Shown here: piece by piece, positions 1 through 10,990 of the stretch
How positions within the stretch are numbered: the first letter of the stretch is position 1
How the letters are laid out: each line of letters opens with the position of its first letter
Source of the DNA: Felis catus
Lineage: Eukaryota
Length of the DNA: 64,000 nt
NCBI RefSeq assembly: GCF_018350175.1
Contig: NC_058368.1
Location: forward strand, 72,852,001 to 72,916,000
Reading direction: 5' to 3'
Translations under genes and position numbers: made by a program
Notes under the pieces: generated by a model
Told to the model about the DNA's origin: nothing
Databases searched by the model: none
The model's input: the letters and a program-made list of their open reading frames with translations, nothing else

Positions 1-1049
1 AAGATGCTAAGAGAATAGCACTAGGTTCTGGCTCAATGAAGACATTTTGCAGGGCATTGTAACAATATGCTTAGCTCTGGGGTGAGCCAACCTGACACAG
101 CCATGACTTCAAGAATATAATTAGTGGGGTCAAGCTCTCTCCTCATATTCTAACCCCTCCCAGGTCTTCACCTTGAGCTTCAAGTGAATTAGAGGCAACC
201 CAACCTTCCTCAGGAGAGAACATCAGTAATTCTTGCCCTACCACCCAGTAGGGTTTATGAATCATTTCTGTTGCTCCATGAACTTGAAAAATATGGTTCT
301 GCCCATACTACTTCCAGGCATGACCACTGCATTCCATGTGCCTAACCATCTGCCTTCTTCTGATGTTCAAGGCTTTCAGGATCCTGGGTTCCTTTTCATA
401 GAGTCCTTCATGCCAGCCTTGTGCCCGTCTCCCTGATTCCCATGAGAGATAAGCTTTCCATCTTTCCCTGATGGCCCTGCCTCTCCACTGGAGAAGTTCT
501 AACTTGCTTAAAGTCTTGTAAGGAATAAATTATAGAGCAGGTATGCAAACTCAGGTCTCTGATTCTCAAGGTCGTACTCTTTTAACTTTTATACCATTCT
601 GATTAGATATTTATCTCAAAAATGAGATGTTTTAATAAAGTCTTTGACAGGTGGTGAATCTTAGGACATTTATAATTAAATTTTCTCTGTGTTGTGCTTC
701 TATTTCAGGTATGCTTTTTTTGTTTGTTTATGTAAGAACTGCACACTTTAAATGCCAGAGCTGGGAGAGGCAGAATTGTCCTTCTGTTATAAGAGGATAA
801 GACCTGGATTTGTATTCTTCCCCAGAATAAGGGTCATCTCATTTTAGCACAGGTCTTGATATTGCAGATATCTTCAGTTAAAGATGATATTTAGCTTAAA
901 AAGGAAGAATAATTTTATTTTTGCCAGGTACTTGCTTACAGCAAAACAAATAAAAGCATGAAAGACTATACTATGTAAAAAATATTTAGAGAAGACATAT
1001 ATTTTAATCTTATTAATTTATAGAAAGTATCTCTGATGATCATAATGCT

Positions 1050-2080
1050 AGTGATGATGAACAATATAAAATACACAGTAGTGTAAGTTTTTTGAGAAAA
1101 GGATGGAATTTGGAGGATGTATAGAGGGAATGGCCTTGTTGGAGGGAATATGTTCAGTGGTAAAAAGTTGAGAGCACTTATTTTTTGAGTTTTCTCTAGG
1201 AACCAGGAGAGTTTAACAGAGAATAGTGGAAATGTCAGACATTTAAATAGTAGAAAAGTATAATAACTAGATAAATGAAGCAGGATTTTGGGTATTGATG
1301 AGGGTGCAGTCAAGGTTGGTCAAAATGAATTTATATTTTCCAGTGTTCATGACTTTCTCTACTAGCATTTGGCATTTAGTTCCTGGAATGCAGCAACACT
1401 GAAAATGGATCATTGGGGTGTTCCACTGCTGCGAGTGTTGCCTGACAAGGACAACAAGTATTCAGTAGCAAGTGTGTTTAGGGCATTGCACCAGAATCAT
1501 TGAAATGGTATATAGGAGAAGTATAAGAAGATGAGGTGTCAATGAACATGGAAATTCTAATAAGGTGAAAGAATGGTCTCAGGGGAGAATATAAACAAAA
1601 ACTGGAGGGAGAGTATTGTGGTCAGAACCCATGATATCTGAAGTAGTGGTTTTGAAAGTGGGTAGTCTTAATGATCATAATGCTTGGTTATGACCACTGG
1701 GTGTGTGTAGTTTAAGTGGAATGAAAAAGATACTAGGAATGAGGGATTTGAAGAACTGAAGGCCAAGAGTATGATATATTATTTACCATTAAAGATGAAG
1801 AAGAACTTTGAATTAAGAAGACCATGAGTCTGATGCCAAAGTATTGGGTAATTGAAAAGCAGAAAATGGATAGTCTGTAGGTCTGGAGAAAGAAGAGGAG
1901 AATAATGACATGTTTATACTGCAACAATCTTGAAGGAGAAAAGGGTTTTAAAAGAGAATGAAGTGGTAATGGTCTCGTGACGGGACGTTCAAAGTGGATA
2001 TCAATTCACCTCCTGATTTGGAAAGAATGTGATGGGGAGAGAAAGAGCCCTTGAGAGATCTGCAGAGGAACTCAGCTTTT
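1050..2080 (-). mobile_element. Old L2 LINE internal fragment
   Basis: Purine-rich stretch with 'gaagaactgaaggccaagagtatga...aagaagaccatgagtctgatgccaaag' resembling antisense L2 ORF region; highly diverged, edges approximate. Confidence 0.55.
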
Positions 2081-2469
2081 CTAAATCTCATCCTTCTGTG
2101 ATTCAGTCCTTTTGTGAATAGCTCTACACTGTGTTTCACTCAACAGCAACCCTGAGTCACAGAACACAGACACCAGACACCCTGGCATAATTGAAGCCAA
2201 AGGAGGGACAATCCATAGAAAAGGTACAAAACTGGTGTGCTCTAGACCAAGCAGGGGAAACTGTTGATCAATCAAATTCAACAGATATTTACCAAAAAAT
2301 TACCCTGGCAAAGAATCTGCAGATGGGACAATTCATATCCACTTCCCAAAATGCTGAAGTGTTTCCCTGAGTCTACCGTCCTCAGAGTCCAATGCAATCA
2401 TCTGATATACAAGGCAGTGTGTTTTCTTAGATTCTACAGAGGGAGGGACCAGGAGCTGTGACTCCCATC

Positions 2470-2585
2470 ATTGGTTCTTCTACTAATAGATCTTGAGCAC
2501 TTAGATTTCCTGAACCCCTGGCTCCCCACCTACAAAATGAGTGATAATTGACTAGATAATCACTAATTACCTTTCGAGTTCCCAG
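2470..2585 (+). mobile_element. MIR/MIR3-like SINE remnant
   Basis: 'cctacaaaatgagtgataattgactagataatcactaattacctttc' resembles MIR core plus MIR3-type tail. Confidence 0.45.
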
Positions 2586-3327
2586 AACCAATGACGCCAT
2601 TCATGATTCACTGGGAATCCCAAGATTGACCAGCCACATGTACTTGACTTCCACTTTGGCAACTACCCTGGCTGACTTCTACCCCAGTCCACAGTTCCCT
2701 TCCCACAAACATTCAGAGTCCCATTGGCTGGGGCTGTCCTCACTTAGTGGTCTTTCTGCACAGTCCAGTAGAGCCTGCCTTTGTGTTATGGGCTAGGGAA
2801 ACCCCTCTATTATTTAGAGGACAAAGCAGACTACTGCTCATGGCACTCTAAAAATTGACAAACGTGCAACACACATTTCTAGTGTCAGAAATAATCTCCT
2901 CAAATAAAAAGAAGAGGAGAAGGGAGAAAAGTCAAGCAGTTGGGAGATTTCCCAATAGGGCTTAAAAATCCCACAAAAATAGGTGGTCTTTTCAGTTCAT
3001 AAGAGCAAGTAGGACCCCCAAACCAAGAAGAGGAGCTAAACTCTCTCAAATAGATTGTTAATAATATCAATATCTTTTTGTTGCTGTTTTTCCCCCCTGA
3101 CTCCATCTGCTCAGAGGAACCATATCTTCCTCTTGGATTGGCATGGAGACACTAGATAATTAAAATTAAATGGGAGGGAATTCAGGGGAGATAAATAGGT
3201 GAACAACATGGTCTAGGATAGCCAATAATTTTGCCTTTACTCAATGTAACCCCCAAAGGGAAGGCAAAGAAGTCTTTCATTTAATATGTCTGAAATGCCA
3301 CAAAATGCTAAGAAGTATAACATAGTA

Positions 3328-3525
3328 GGGGTGCCTGCGTGGCTCATTTGGTTGAGCATCTGACTTCACTCAGGTCATGATCTCGCAGTTTGTGAGTTTG
3401 AGCCCTGCATCAGGCTCAGTGCTGATAGCGCAAAGCTTGCTTCAGATCCTCTGTCCTCCTCTCTCTGCCCCTCCCCACTTGTGCTCTCCCTTTCTCTCAA
3501 AAATAAAAATAGAACATTTTTTTAA
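3328..3525 (+). mobile_element. CAN-SINE (SINEC, tRNA-Lys derived)
   Basis: ggggtgcctgcgtggctca head, CT-rich body, A tail; TSD aagtata(a/t)catagta at 3313-3327 and 3526-3540. Confidence 0.95.
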
Positions 3526-3688
3526 AAGTATATCATAGTAAAATAGTATTAAAATAAAATATATTCTAAACTCCATTTTAAAATAGAAAAAAAAATCTTT
3601 GGATAAAAATTTGGATATTAACTCTGGATTCTATATAAGTGCTTTAAATATCACTTTTCACAATGTACATTCAAAATGTCCTTGTTTC

Positions 3689-4754
3689 AGCAGGAAAGAA
3701 CATCCAATGGAAAAAGACAGTCTCTTTAACAAATGGTGCTGGGAGAACTGGACAACAACATGCAGAAGGTTGAAACTAGACCACTTTCTCACACCATTCA
3801 CAAAAATAAACTCAAAATGGATAAAGGACCTGAATGTGAGACAGGAAACCATCAAAACCTTAGAGGAGGAAGCAGGAAAAGACCTCTCTGACCTCAGCCG
3901 TAGCAATCTCTTACTCGACACATCCCCAAAGGCAAGGGAATTAAAAGCAAAAGTGAATTACTGGGACCTTATGAAGATAAAAAGCTTCTGCAAAGCAAAG
4001 GAAACAACCAACAAAACTAAAAGGCAACCAACGGAATGGGAAAAGATATTTGCAAATGACATATCAGACAAAGGGCTAGTATCCAAAATCTATAAAGAGC
4101 TCACCAAACTCCACACCTGAAAAACAAATAACCCAGTGAAGAAATGGGCAGAAAACATGAAAAAGACACTTCTCTAAAGAAGACATCCGGATGGCCAACA
4201 GGCACATGAAAAGATGTTCAACATCGCTCCTTATCAGGGAAATACAAATCAAAACCACACTCAGATATCACCTCATGCCAGTCAGAGTGGCCAAAATGAA
4301 TAAATCAGGAGACTATAGATGCTGGAGAGGATGTGGAGAAACGGGAACCCTCTTGCACTGTTGGTGGGAATGCAAATTGGTGCAGCCGCTCTGGAAAGCA
4401 GTGTGGAGGTTCCTCAGAAAATTAAAAATAGACCTACCCTATGACCCAGCAATGGCACTGCTAGGAATTTATCCAAGGGATACAGGAGTACTGATGCACA
4501 GGGGCGCCCCAATGTTTATAGCAGCACTCTCAACAATAGCCAAATTATGGAAAGAGCCTAAATGTCCATCAACTGATGAATGGATAAAGAAATTGTGGTT
4601 TATATACACAATGGAATACTACGTGGCAATGAGAAAGAATGAAATATGGCCTTTTGTAGCAACGTGGATGGAACTGGAGAGTGTGATGCTAAGTGAAATA
4701 AGCCATACAGAGAAAGACAGATACCATATGTTTTCACTCTTATGTGGATCCTAA
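3689..4754 (+). pseudogene. Disrupted L1 ORF2p C-terminal fragment with CCHC zinc knuckle
   Basis: [13 protein letters not shown]...[13 protein letters not shown] and [18 protein letters not shown] (CX3CX7HX4C); stop at 4118-4120, then a frame change before 4191. Confidence 0.93.
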
Positions 4755-4979
4755 GAAACTTAACAGAAACCATGGGGGAAGGGAAGGAAAAAAAAAAGAG
4801 GTTAGAGTGGGAGAGAGCCAAAACATAAGAGACTGTTAAAAACTGAGAACAAACTGAGGGTTGATGGGGGGTGGGAGGGAGGGGAGGGTGGGTGATGGGT
4901 ATTGAGGAGGGCACATTTTGGGATGAGCACTGGGTGTTGTATGGAAACCAATTTGACAATAAATTTCATATATTAAAAA
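3689..4979 (+). mobile_element. 5'-truncated young felid L1 (ORF2 C-terminus, 3'UTR, polyA)
   Basis: ORF2 homology, G-rich 3'UTR tract, aataaa and A tail; perfect 16-bp TSD aaaatgtccttgtttc at 3673-3688 and 4980-4995. Confidence 0.97.
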
Positions 4980-5392
4980 AAAATGTCCTTGTTTCCATCA
5001 CAGGATTTTAAGCAAATTTCTCATCTGTTGACAAATCAGAGCGAGCAACCATCTTGTGTGAAACCCTGTGCTGGTCCCCTGGAGAATAGGAAAGAGCACA
5101 AGGTAGGGCTTCTGATCTACAGTAATTTACACTCCAGTAAGAAAACTGTGCATATGTAGTAAAATGTTTTCAAACATGCACACATACACATGCCCATGCA
5201 AAATCAAGTAACAGGTTTCCAGGTAGTGCTTAACTGATTGCCGGATGGCTAGTAAAGAAAGCAATAGTGATATTTCAGAGATGGGATAGAGCAAATTGGT
5301 GTGAAAAGGTCTCAGAGAAAGATTTGAAATAATTATACAAATTAACCAATTACCTTTTTTATTTAGTAGCCACTATGTACCAAGAACTAAAA

Positions 5393-5398
5393 TAGATA

Positions 5399-5446
<48 letters not shown>

Positions 5447-5447
5447 C
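5393..5447. repeat. (GATA)n microsatellite
   Basis: Direct reading. Confidence 0.95.
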
Positions 5448-5734
5448 AGGCAGGTTGATATATAGATGAATTCTAATTTACTCTAAATATTAGCCTCCCA
5501 AAACTCATTTGATTGAATAAGTAAATTAATTCTCCAGGTTGTATACTTGGTAAGAAGCAAACCAATATTTGAACTTAAAGTCAAATTTGATCTTTTCACT
5601 GTACTGTGTTTCCAACCTAACTTTGTACAATGAAAAGGACTTGATTTTCATTACTAATATATATATTAGTATTAGGATATAGGGTTCTTAATAAAATATT
5701 ATATTTTTTATAATAGTTTTTTGATATATAACTC

Positions 5735-5940
5735 ACATTTTTAAAAATTGCCTTTATAAAGTACAATTCAGTGACCTTGAGTATATTCAGAGCTGTGAAA
5801 CCATGACCACTCTCTGATTTTACATAATTTGCATCACCACAAAAAGAAACCTCATACTCATTAGCAGTCACTCCCTACACCATGCTTTCCTTAGTCCCTG
5901 AGAGGCACTCATCCACCTCCTTTCTCTATGAATTTGCCAA
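5735..5940 (-). mobile_element. Old L1M (L1MB-like) 3' end
   Basis: 'aagtacaattcagtg...catcaccacaaaaagaaacctcatactcattagcagtcactccc' is typical of the antisense L1MB 3' end. Confidence 0.75.
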
Positions 5941-6224
5941 TAAACTAATATGCATGATATTCAAAGAAGGTTGTATCTTTGGTCTGCTTCCCTTGTCAAT
6001 TCCAAAATCAAGATTGGGTCTAAAGTCACACTTTCAAATAAGAGTAACCCAGTAAATCAACTCTGTAATTCATGTTAATTCATTCTTATTAATATAAGAA
6101 ATAAAATGAATACTCACACAGGTACACTTACGACATACGTATATTACATACATATACATACATGCTTATAAGATAGGATAAAGTATGACATACATATAGC
6201 TATTAGAGTCCAGCAGGGGAATAT

Positions 6225-6325
6225 GTTTTCCTTTTTAAGCTTAAACCACAAACATTCTTTTTCTTTTAGAATAAATGGAGAGTAAATGAGGAGAAAAGGA
6301 GATATGTAAGCAAATTTCCTCTAAT
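6225..6325 (+). repeat. Diverged local duplication, copy A (partner at 7450-7552)
   Basis: ttttagaataaatggagagtaaatgaggagaaa versus ttttagaataattgcagattgaatgaggagaaa (29/33); similarity continues on both sides. Confidence 0.8.
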
Positions 6326-6565
6326 CTATGTCTTTGCTAATATCCTAAGTAGCTAGCAGGAAAAATCATTCTAATGATACTTTGCACATTCACCATCTTC
6401 CAAAGGCTACAAGGATCTTGAATGTCCCCAATTTTCCTATTCTATACATGAAAAGTAAAAATGGCAGGTGAAATGTCCTAAATCTATGAGAAATGTCAAA
6501 TCTATATTAGAAGCTTAGATACTCTTTAGCATACAGCTATCTCATGTTTTGAACTATCCATCCTT

Positions 6566-6781
6566 GGGGCACCTGGGTGACTCAGTCGATTAAGCATCCA
6601 ACTTTGTCTCAGGTCATGATCTCATGGTCCAGTGGCCTGAGCACCTGTCAGGCTCTGTGCTGACAGCTCAGAGCCTGGAGCCCGCTTCAGATTCTGTGTC
6701 TCCCTATCTCTCTGCCCCTCCCCTGCTCCCCACCCCCCCCCTCAAAAATTAACATTAAACAAATAAAAATAAATAAAAATA
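6566..6781 (+). mobile_element. CAN-SINE
   Basis: ggggcacctgggtg head; TSD aactatccatccttg at 6552-6566 and 6782-6796. Confidence 0.95.
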
Positions 6782-7287
6782 AACTATCCATCCTTGCTTG
6801 ACTTAGTATAACCTGATTTACCAGTTACAGCTTTTTAGAGAAGAGTTTAGATACACATAGAATTCAGGTGTGTGTGTGCACATGTGTTTGAGTTAGGGTA
6901 TTGGGTCACTCCTTCAAAACTCACATTTATTTATCATAGGCCAAGCTATAGATATTTCTATAGCAACATCTTTCGATGGTTATCATATTTTGTGTCACCA
7001 AAGAAGGTGACAATCTTAGGTAGAGAAACCAATAGAAGCAGTTATGTTTTCTGATTATTCATCACTCTTTATTTGGAAAAAAAGTTCTGGGTTTTTATTT
7101 AGTATCACTTGATGCCAGGCATACCTACATTTCTCTCCTACTTATTCACTACTCACAACTCACTACAATACACTACTTACAAGACAATTCTGTCAACTGT
7201 TACTAGTTGGTCATTCCCAGAAGAGGAAGGATAAGGGAGGAAGGAAAGTGAAGTGTATCTTTCAAAACAGCTATGTCAATGCTTTTT

Positions 7288-7335
7288 CTTCCTTCCTTCC
7301 TTCCTTCCTTCCTTCCTTCCTTCCTTCCTTCCTTC
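7288..7335. repeat. (TTCC)n microsatellite
   Basis: Direct reading. Confidence 0.95.
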
Positions 7336-7449
7336 TTTTCTCCCTCCAGTATTTATCAGATGCTTACTATGTAAAAGTAAATGCTCTGTGCATTGAGGAA
7401 AGCATGAGAAAAATAGCCATTTCCCTGACCATTGAGTCTTGACAGTAGG

Positions 7450-7552
7450 GTTTTCTCTTTTTTAAGCTTTAAATAAAACAGAAGTCCTTATTTTAGAATA
7501 ATTGCAGATTGAATGAGGAGAAATATGAAGATGTAAACAAATCTCATCTAAT
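7450..7552 (+). repeat. Diverged local duplication, copy B (partner at 6225-6325)
   Basis: See copy A; also atgtaa(g/a)caaat(t/c)tc(c/a)tctaat, 19/22. Confidence 0.8.
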
Positions 7553-8505
7553 GAACCATTTTACCTAAAACCCTCTCAGACTGCTAATCCTGTGCACAGC
7601 GTCCACGTCTCCCAGGCTTTGTGAGTCTCTTGCTTTGTTGGATCTAGGTTCTATGAGACAAGAAGGAGCTTTCTCTCCCCACAGGAGAAGGAGCACTCAG
7701 CTGGAGACAAGCCTCAGCAGAATGCACTCCCTGAACATGCTAGAAATCCATAGCTCATCAGTGCAGAAATAAAACACGTCTGATTTATATACAAACAATG
7801 GTGACATGATTGTCACAGCACACATGGTGACTTCACTGGCTTGGGAAATTATCCAAAAATCAACTAACAAGCACTTCAAAGAGAGGGGCAGAGTAGGATT
7901 CTTTTGTTGTCTGCCATTAGTGTCTTTCTTCAAAGTCAAGTAGCTAGATCTAATCAGAACAGATGTTCTTATGTCTAAAAAGGTATATTTGCTTAATTCA
8001 GTGCTATTATGCACATCAGATATACTTCTTTTTATAATAATATAACTTAGGATACAAAATTCCCTTAATCTCATCCTCATTAACCAAATCCTCTATCTAG
8101 TTCCCTCTGTCCATGGTCAATATGTTGCAGAATAAATCTGTAAAATGACACAAACATTCATTATGAGGTCTTGTAGAGCCCAATTGATTTTTGAAACATT
8201 TGGATCCAGCAGATATAGAGTTTGGTTGCTATGTATTCTGAAAAGCTCTGGGGCATAGGAGGAAGGTAATCAGTTTAAAACATTAACTTCATCCAATCTT
8301 ATGATCATTATAAATTTCTGGAGATGAAAAAGAAATATTGTCTATTTTAAAATTTATCTTGAAAAACTGAGTAAAGAAGCAACACAGAAAGAAGACCTCA
8401 TCTATTGATCAAATAGTTATGTCATAAATATTTTATTTTATACTAGATAAGATAAAATCTAGTGTACTTGACACAATATCTCTTTCTTGCCTCTAACAAG
8501 AACAC

Positions 8506-8538
8506 TGTGTGTGTGTGTGCGTGTGTGTGTGTGTGTGT
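8506..8538. repeat. (TG)n microsatellite
   Basis: Direct reading. Confidence 0.95.
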
Positions 8539-8794
8539 AGTTTGATCTAATCAAATGAACAAACTATTTCAAAATAATTACATTTGATAAATGAAGCAAC
8601 CAGAGTCATTATAACATCATGTATGTAGACTGACACAAATTGTGTCATTACAAATAACTCTGAGCTCAGCAACATTAATCATCTCTAATGCCCATTGAAG
8701 CATTTCATTCTATGATATAAAAAACCTAGTCCAGAGTAGAAACCTACAGAAACATTTGACTTTGAGATTTTATAAGAGGAAAAGAATTATAAAT

Positions 8795-8935
8795 CTTTTT
8801 TTTAATTTTTTTTATTTTTTAAAGTTTTTATTTAAACTCCAGTTAACCTACAATGTAATATTAATTTTAGGTGTACAATTTAGTGACTCAACATTTCCAT
8901 ACAACACCCAATGTTCATCACAAGTGCACTCCTTT
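8795..8935 (-). mobile_element. Short carnivore L1 3' end
   Basis: T tail followed by 'ccagttaacctacaatgtaatatt...catacaacacccaatgttcatcacaagtgcactcc'. Confidence 0.85.
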
Positions 8936-9149
8936 TCCAAACAACATCTGGTATATGAGTAGTGACTTTTCTTGTAAACTAATAACAAGGCTGCATCTAT
9001 ATAAATCTTTCAAATAGTGTGATGAGTCAGTCACTCTATTTCTCTTTCCACTCTCATCAATTATCCACATAGAACAATGGCCAAAATGGAAATAGCACAA
9101 CTATTTAATAGTAATGATGGGAAAAGGCTCTAGATTGTTTAGTTCATTA

Positions 9150-9310
9150 GATTATTTACCATATATTAAGCCTCCACTATGTCCTAGGCTCGATGATATA
9201 TTCTAGGAATATAGGAGTAAACAAAAGAAAAATGATGTTTTTTTTGGTTCCCATAGAGCTTATATAAGATCTTGTGTGGGAGAGTCAATAAACAAGGTAA
9301 CTAACATATA
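9150..9310 (-). mobile_element. L2 3' fragment
   Basis: 'tattaagcctccactatgtcctaggc...agtaaacaaaag...cccatagagcttata' resembles antisense L2 3' end. Confidence 0.5.
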
Positions 9311-9387
9311 TATTCATCATGAACTCTCTTCCTGTTAGAAGGCATAAAGAGGTTATTATGTGCTAAGTACAAGTACAATTGTTTAAA

Positions 9388-9598
9388 TATTTTTTACATT
9401 TATTTATTTTTCAGAGACAGAGTGAGACAGAACACAGGGGAGGAGGGGCAGAGACAGAAGGAGACACAGAATTTGAAGCAAGCTCCAGGCTCTGAGCTGT
9501 CAGCACAGAGCGCAATGCGGGGCTCAAACCCATGAACCATGAGATCATGGCCTGAGCCAAAGTCAGACACTTAACCACTGAGCCACCCAGGCATCCCC
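9388..9598 (-). mobile_element. CAN-SINE
   Basis: Antisense SINE ending gagccacccaggcatcccc; TSD gta(c/t)aattgtttaaa. Confidence 0.95.
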
Positions 9599-10839
9599 AC
9601 AGTATAATTGTTTAAAACACTATATCAACTATGTTAGAGATTTCCATTCATATTACCATTAATTATCGAGGCCCCAAAGAAGAATAAGAATAAATAATGC
9701 ACTTTAATAAAAGGAATATATCTTTGTCTACAGGTAATTTGTTTTCAGACAAACTTATTAGAAGTGAAAACAAAAGGTATACCCTGACTTTGTAAAGTCT
9801 ACTCGATGGTAAAAGTTAATGTGCTAATTTAATTGATCCGCCCAGTTTCCAAAGATCAATGTTCCAAGCAGGACATACCACCACATCTCTTCAAAGATGA
9901 AGCAAGGAGAACAGGGGATGGTTTGTGCAGACACAACATTGTTGAGAAACAGCTGTAACCAAGCAACCAATCTTCAACAGAAAGGGCTGCCAAGACCCCA
10001 GGGAGAGAGGTTAGCTAGGGAAGGTCACCAGGCAGCGAGAGAGGGCTGAAGTAAAGGTATTCAGGGGAAAGGTTAATATAAACGTTGTGGTTCCAGACCA
10101 GAAAGGGTCTTTGGGGTAGTTTCTGACCCTTTTCTATGTAAAATTTTGAACTGTAAGAATCCATTTCAAGAAGAGCTCATTCTCTGTCTTGCCAATGTCA
10201 CAGGTCAGCCTGAGTACTGCGTCAGGACTCTGGAGCAGCCTGGAGGAAAAGTGACCAGGTGGAAGCAGATACAAAAGTCCCCACAGCTCCCCTACCCATT
10301 TCCGTCCTGTCCCAGTAACGGTCTTGCCCCTGCTCCCATAACAATCCAGGCTCCTGAAGTGATTCTCAGTTGAAAATATGTTTTAAATGAATACCCAGTG
10401 TGAATTTCAATGGGATCACATCACAATTCTGTTCTTACAGGGGAAAATTAAGATCCTCATTGCACAGAAATGCACTAGACATTACTATCTCCATGTGAAG
10501 CATGACTTAAGCTCAGGGTGTTTGGCAACAGCTTTATAACAGAAGTCAAAATAAAATTGGTTTCCATGCCTCCCATATAGTTACATAAAAATCATAAGTA
10601 GCAAAAATGTTCATGCTTTACATTTATGGCTTACCAAGCCTTTGTGCATTGTCTTATTATGTAACCACCCACAAAGAATATATAAACTGGTTAATTTTCT
10701 CCCCTTCTATATACTCTTTTGCATCTTTTATAACTGGGACCGGATTGTGATAAAGAACCAAGCATAGAATATTTTCTGTAGTGAAAAATGAAATTTAAGC
10801 TGTGCTTTGTTGGAATGAGGTAGATTTTGACTTACAGTT

Positions 10840-10990
10840 AACAATGCATTGCACACCCTTGACTGCTCACAATGAGATAGGTATTATTCACTGATAATAC
10901 TTGAGGCTCAGAAATGCTAACTAATTAGCCCACATTTGTATAACTAGTTCTGGGATTAGAACTCAGATCTGAGTCACCATGAAACCTCTT
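10840..10990 (-). mobile_element. MIR fragment
   Basis: 'gataggtattatt...tgaggctcagaaatgctaactaattagccca...ctgggattagaactcagatctga'. Confidence 0.6.

Noticed and set aside
3599..4120. 173-aa ORF as a cellular gene
   Set aside because: TTG-started read-through from flank into truncated L1 ORF2; the junction coincides with the TSD
7497..7532. CRLNE resemblance to an alpha-S1-casein exon peptide
   Set aside because: Five-residue match only; no signal-peptide exon or dense small-exon array typical of casein genes nearby
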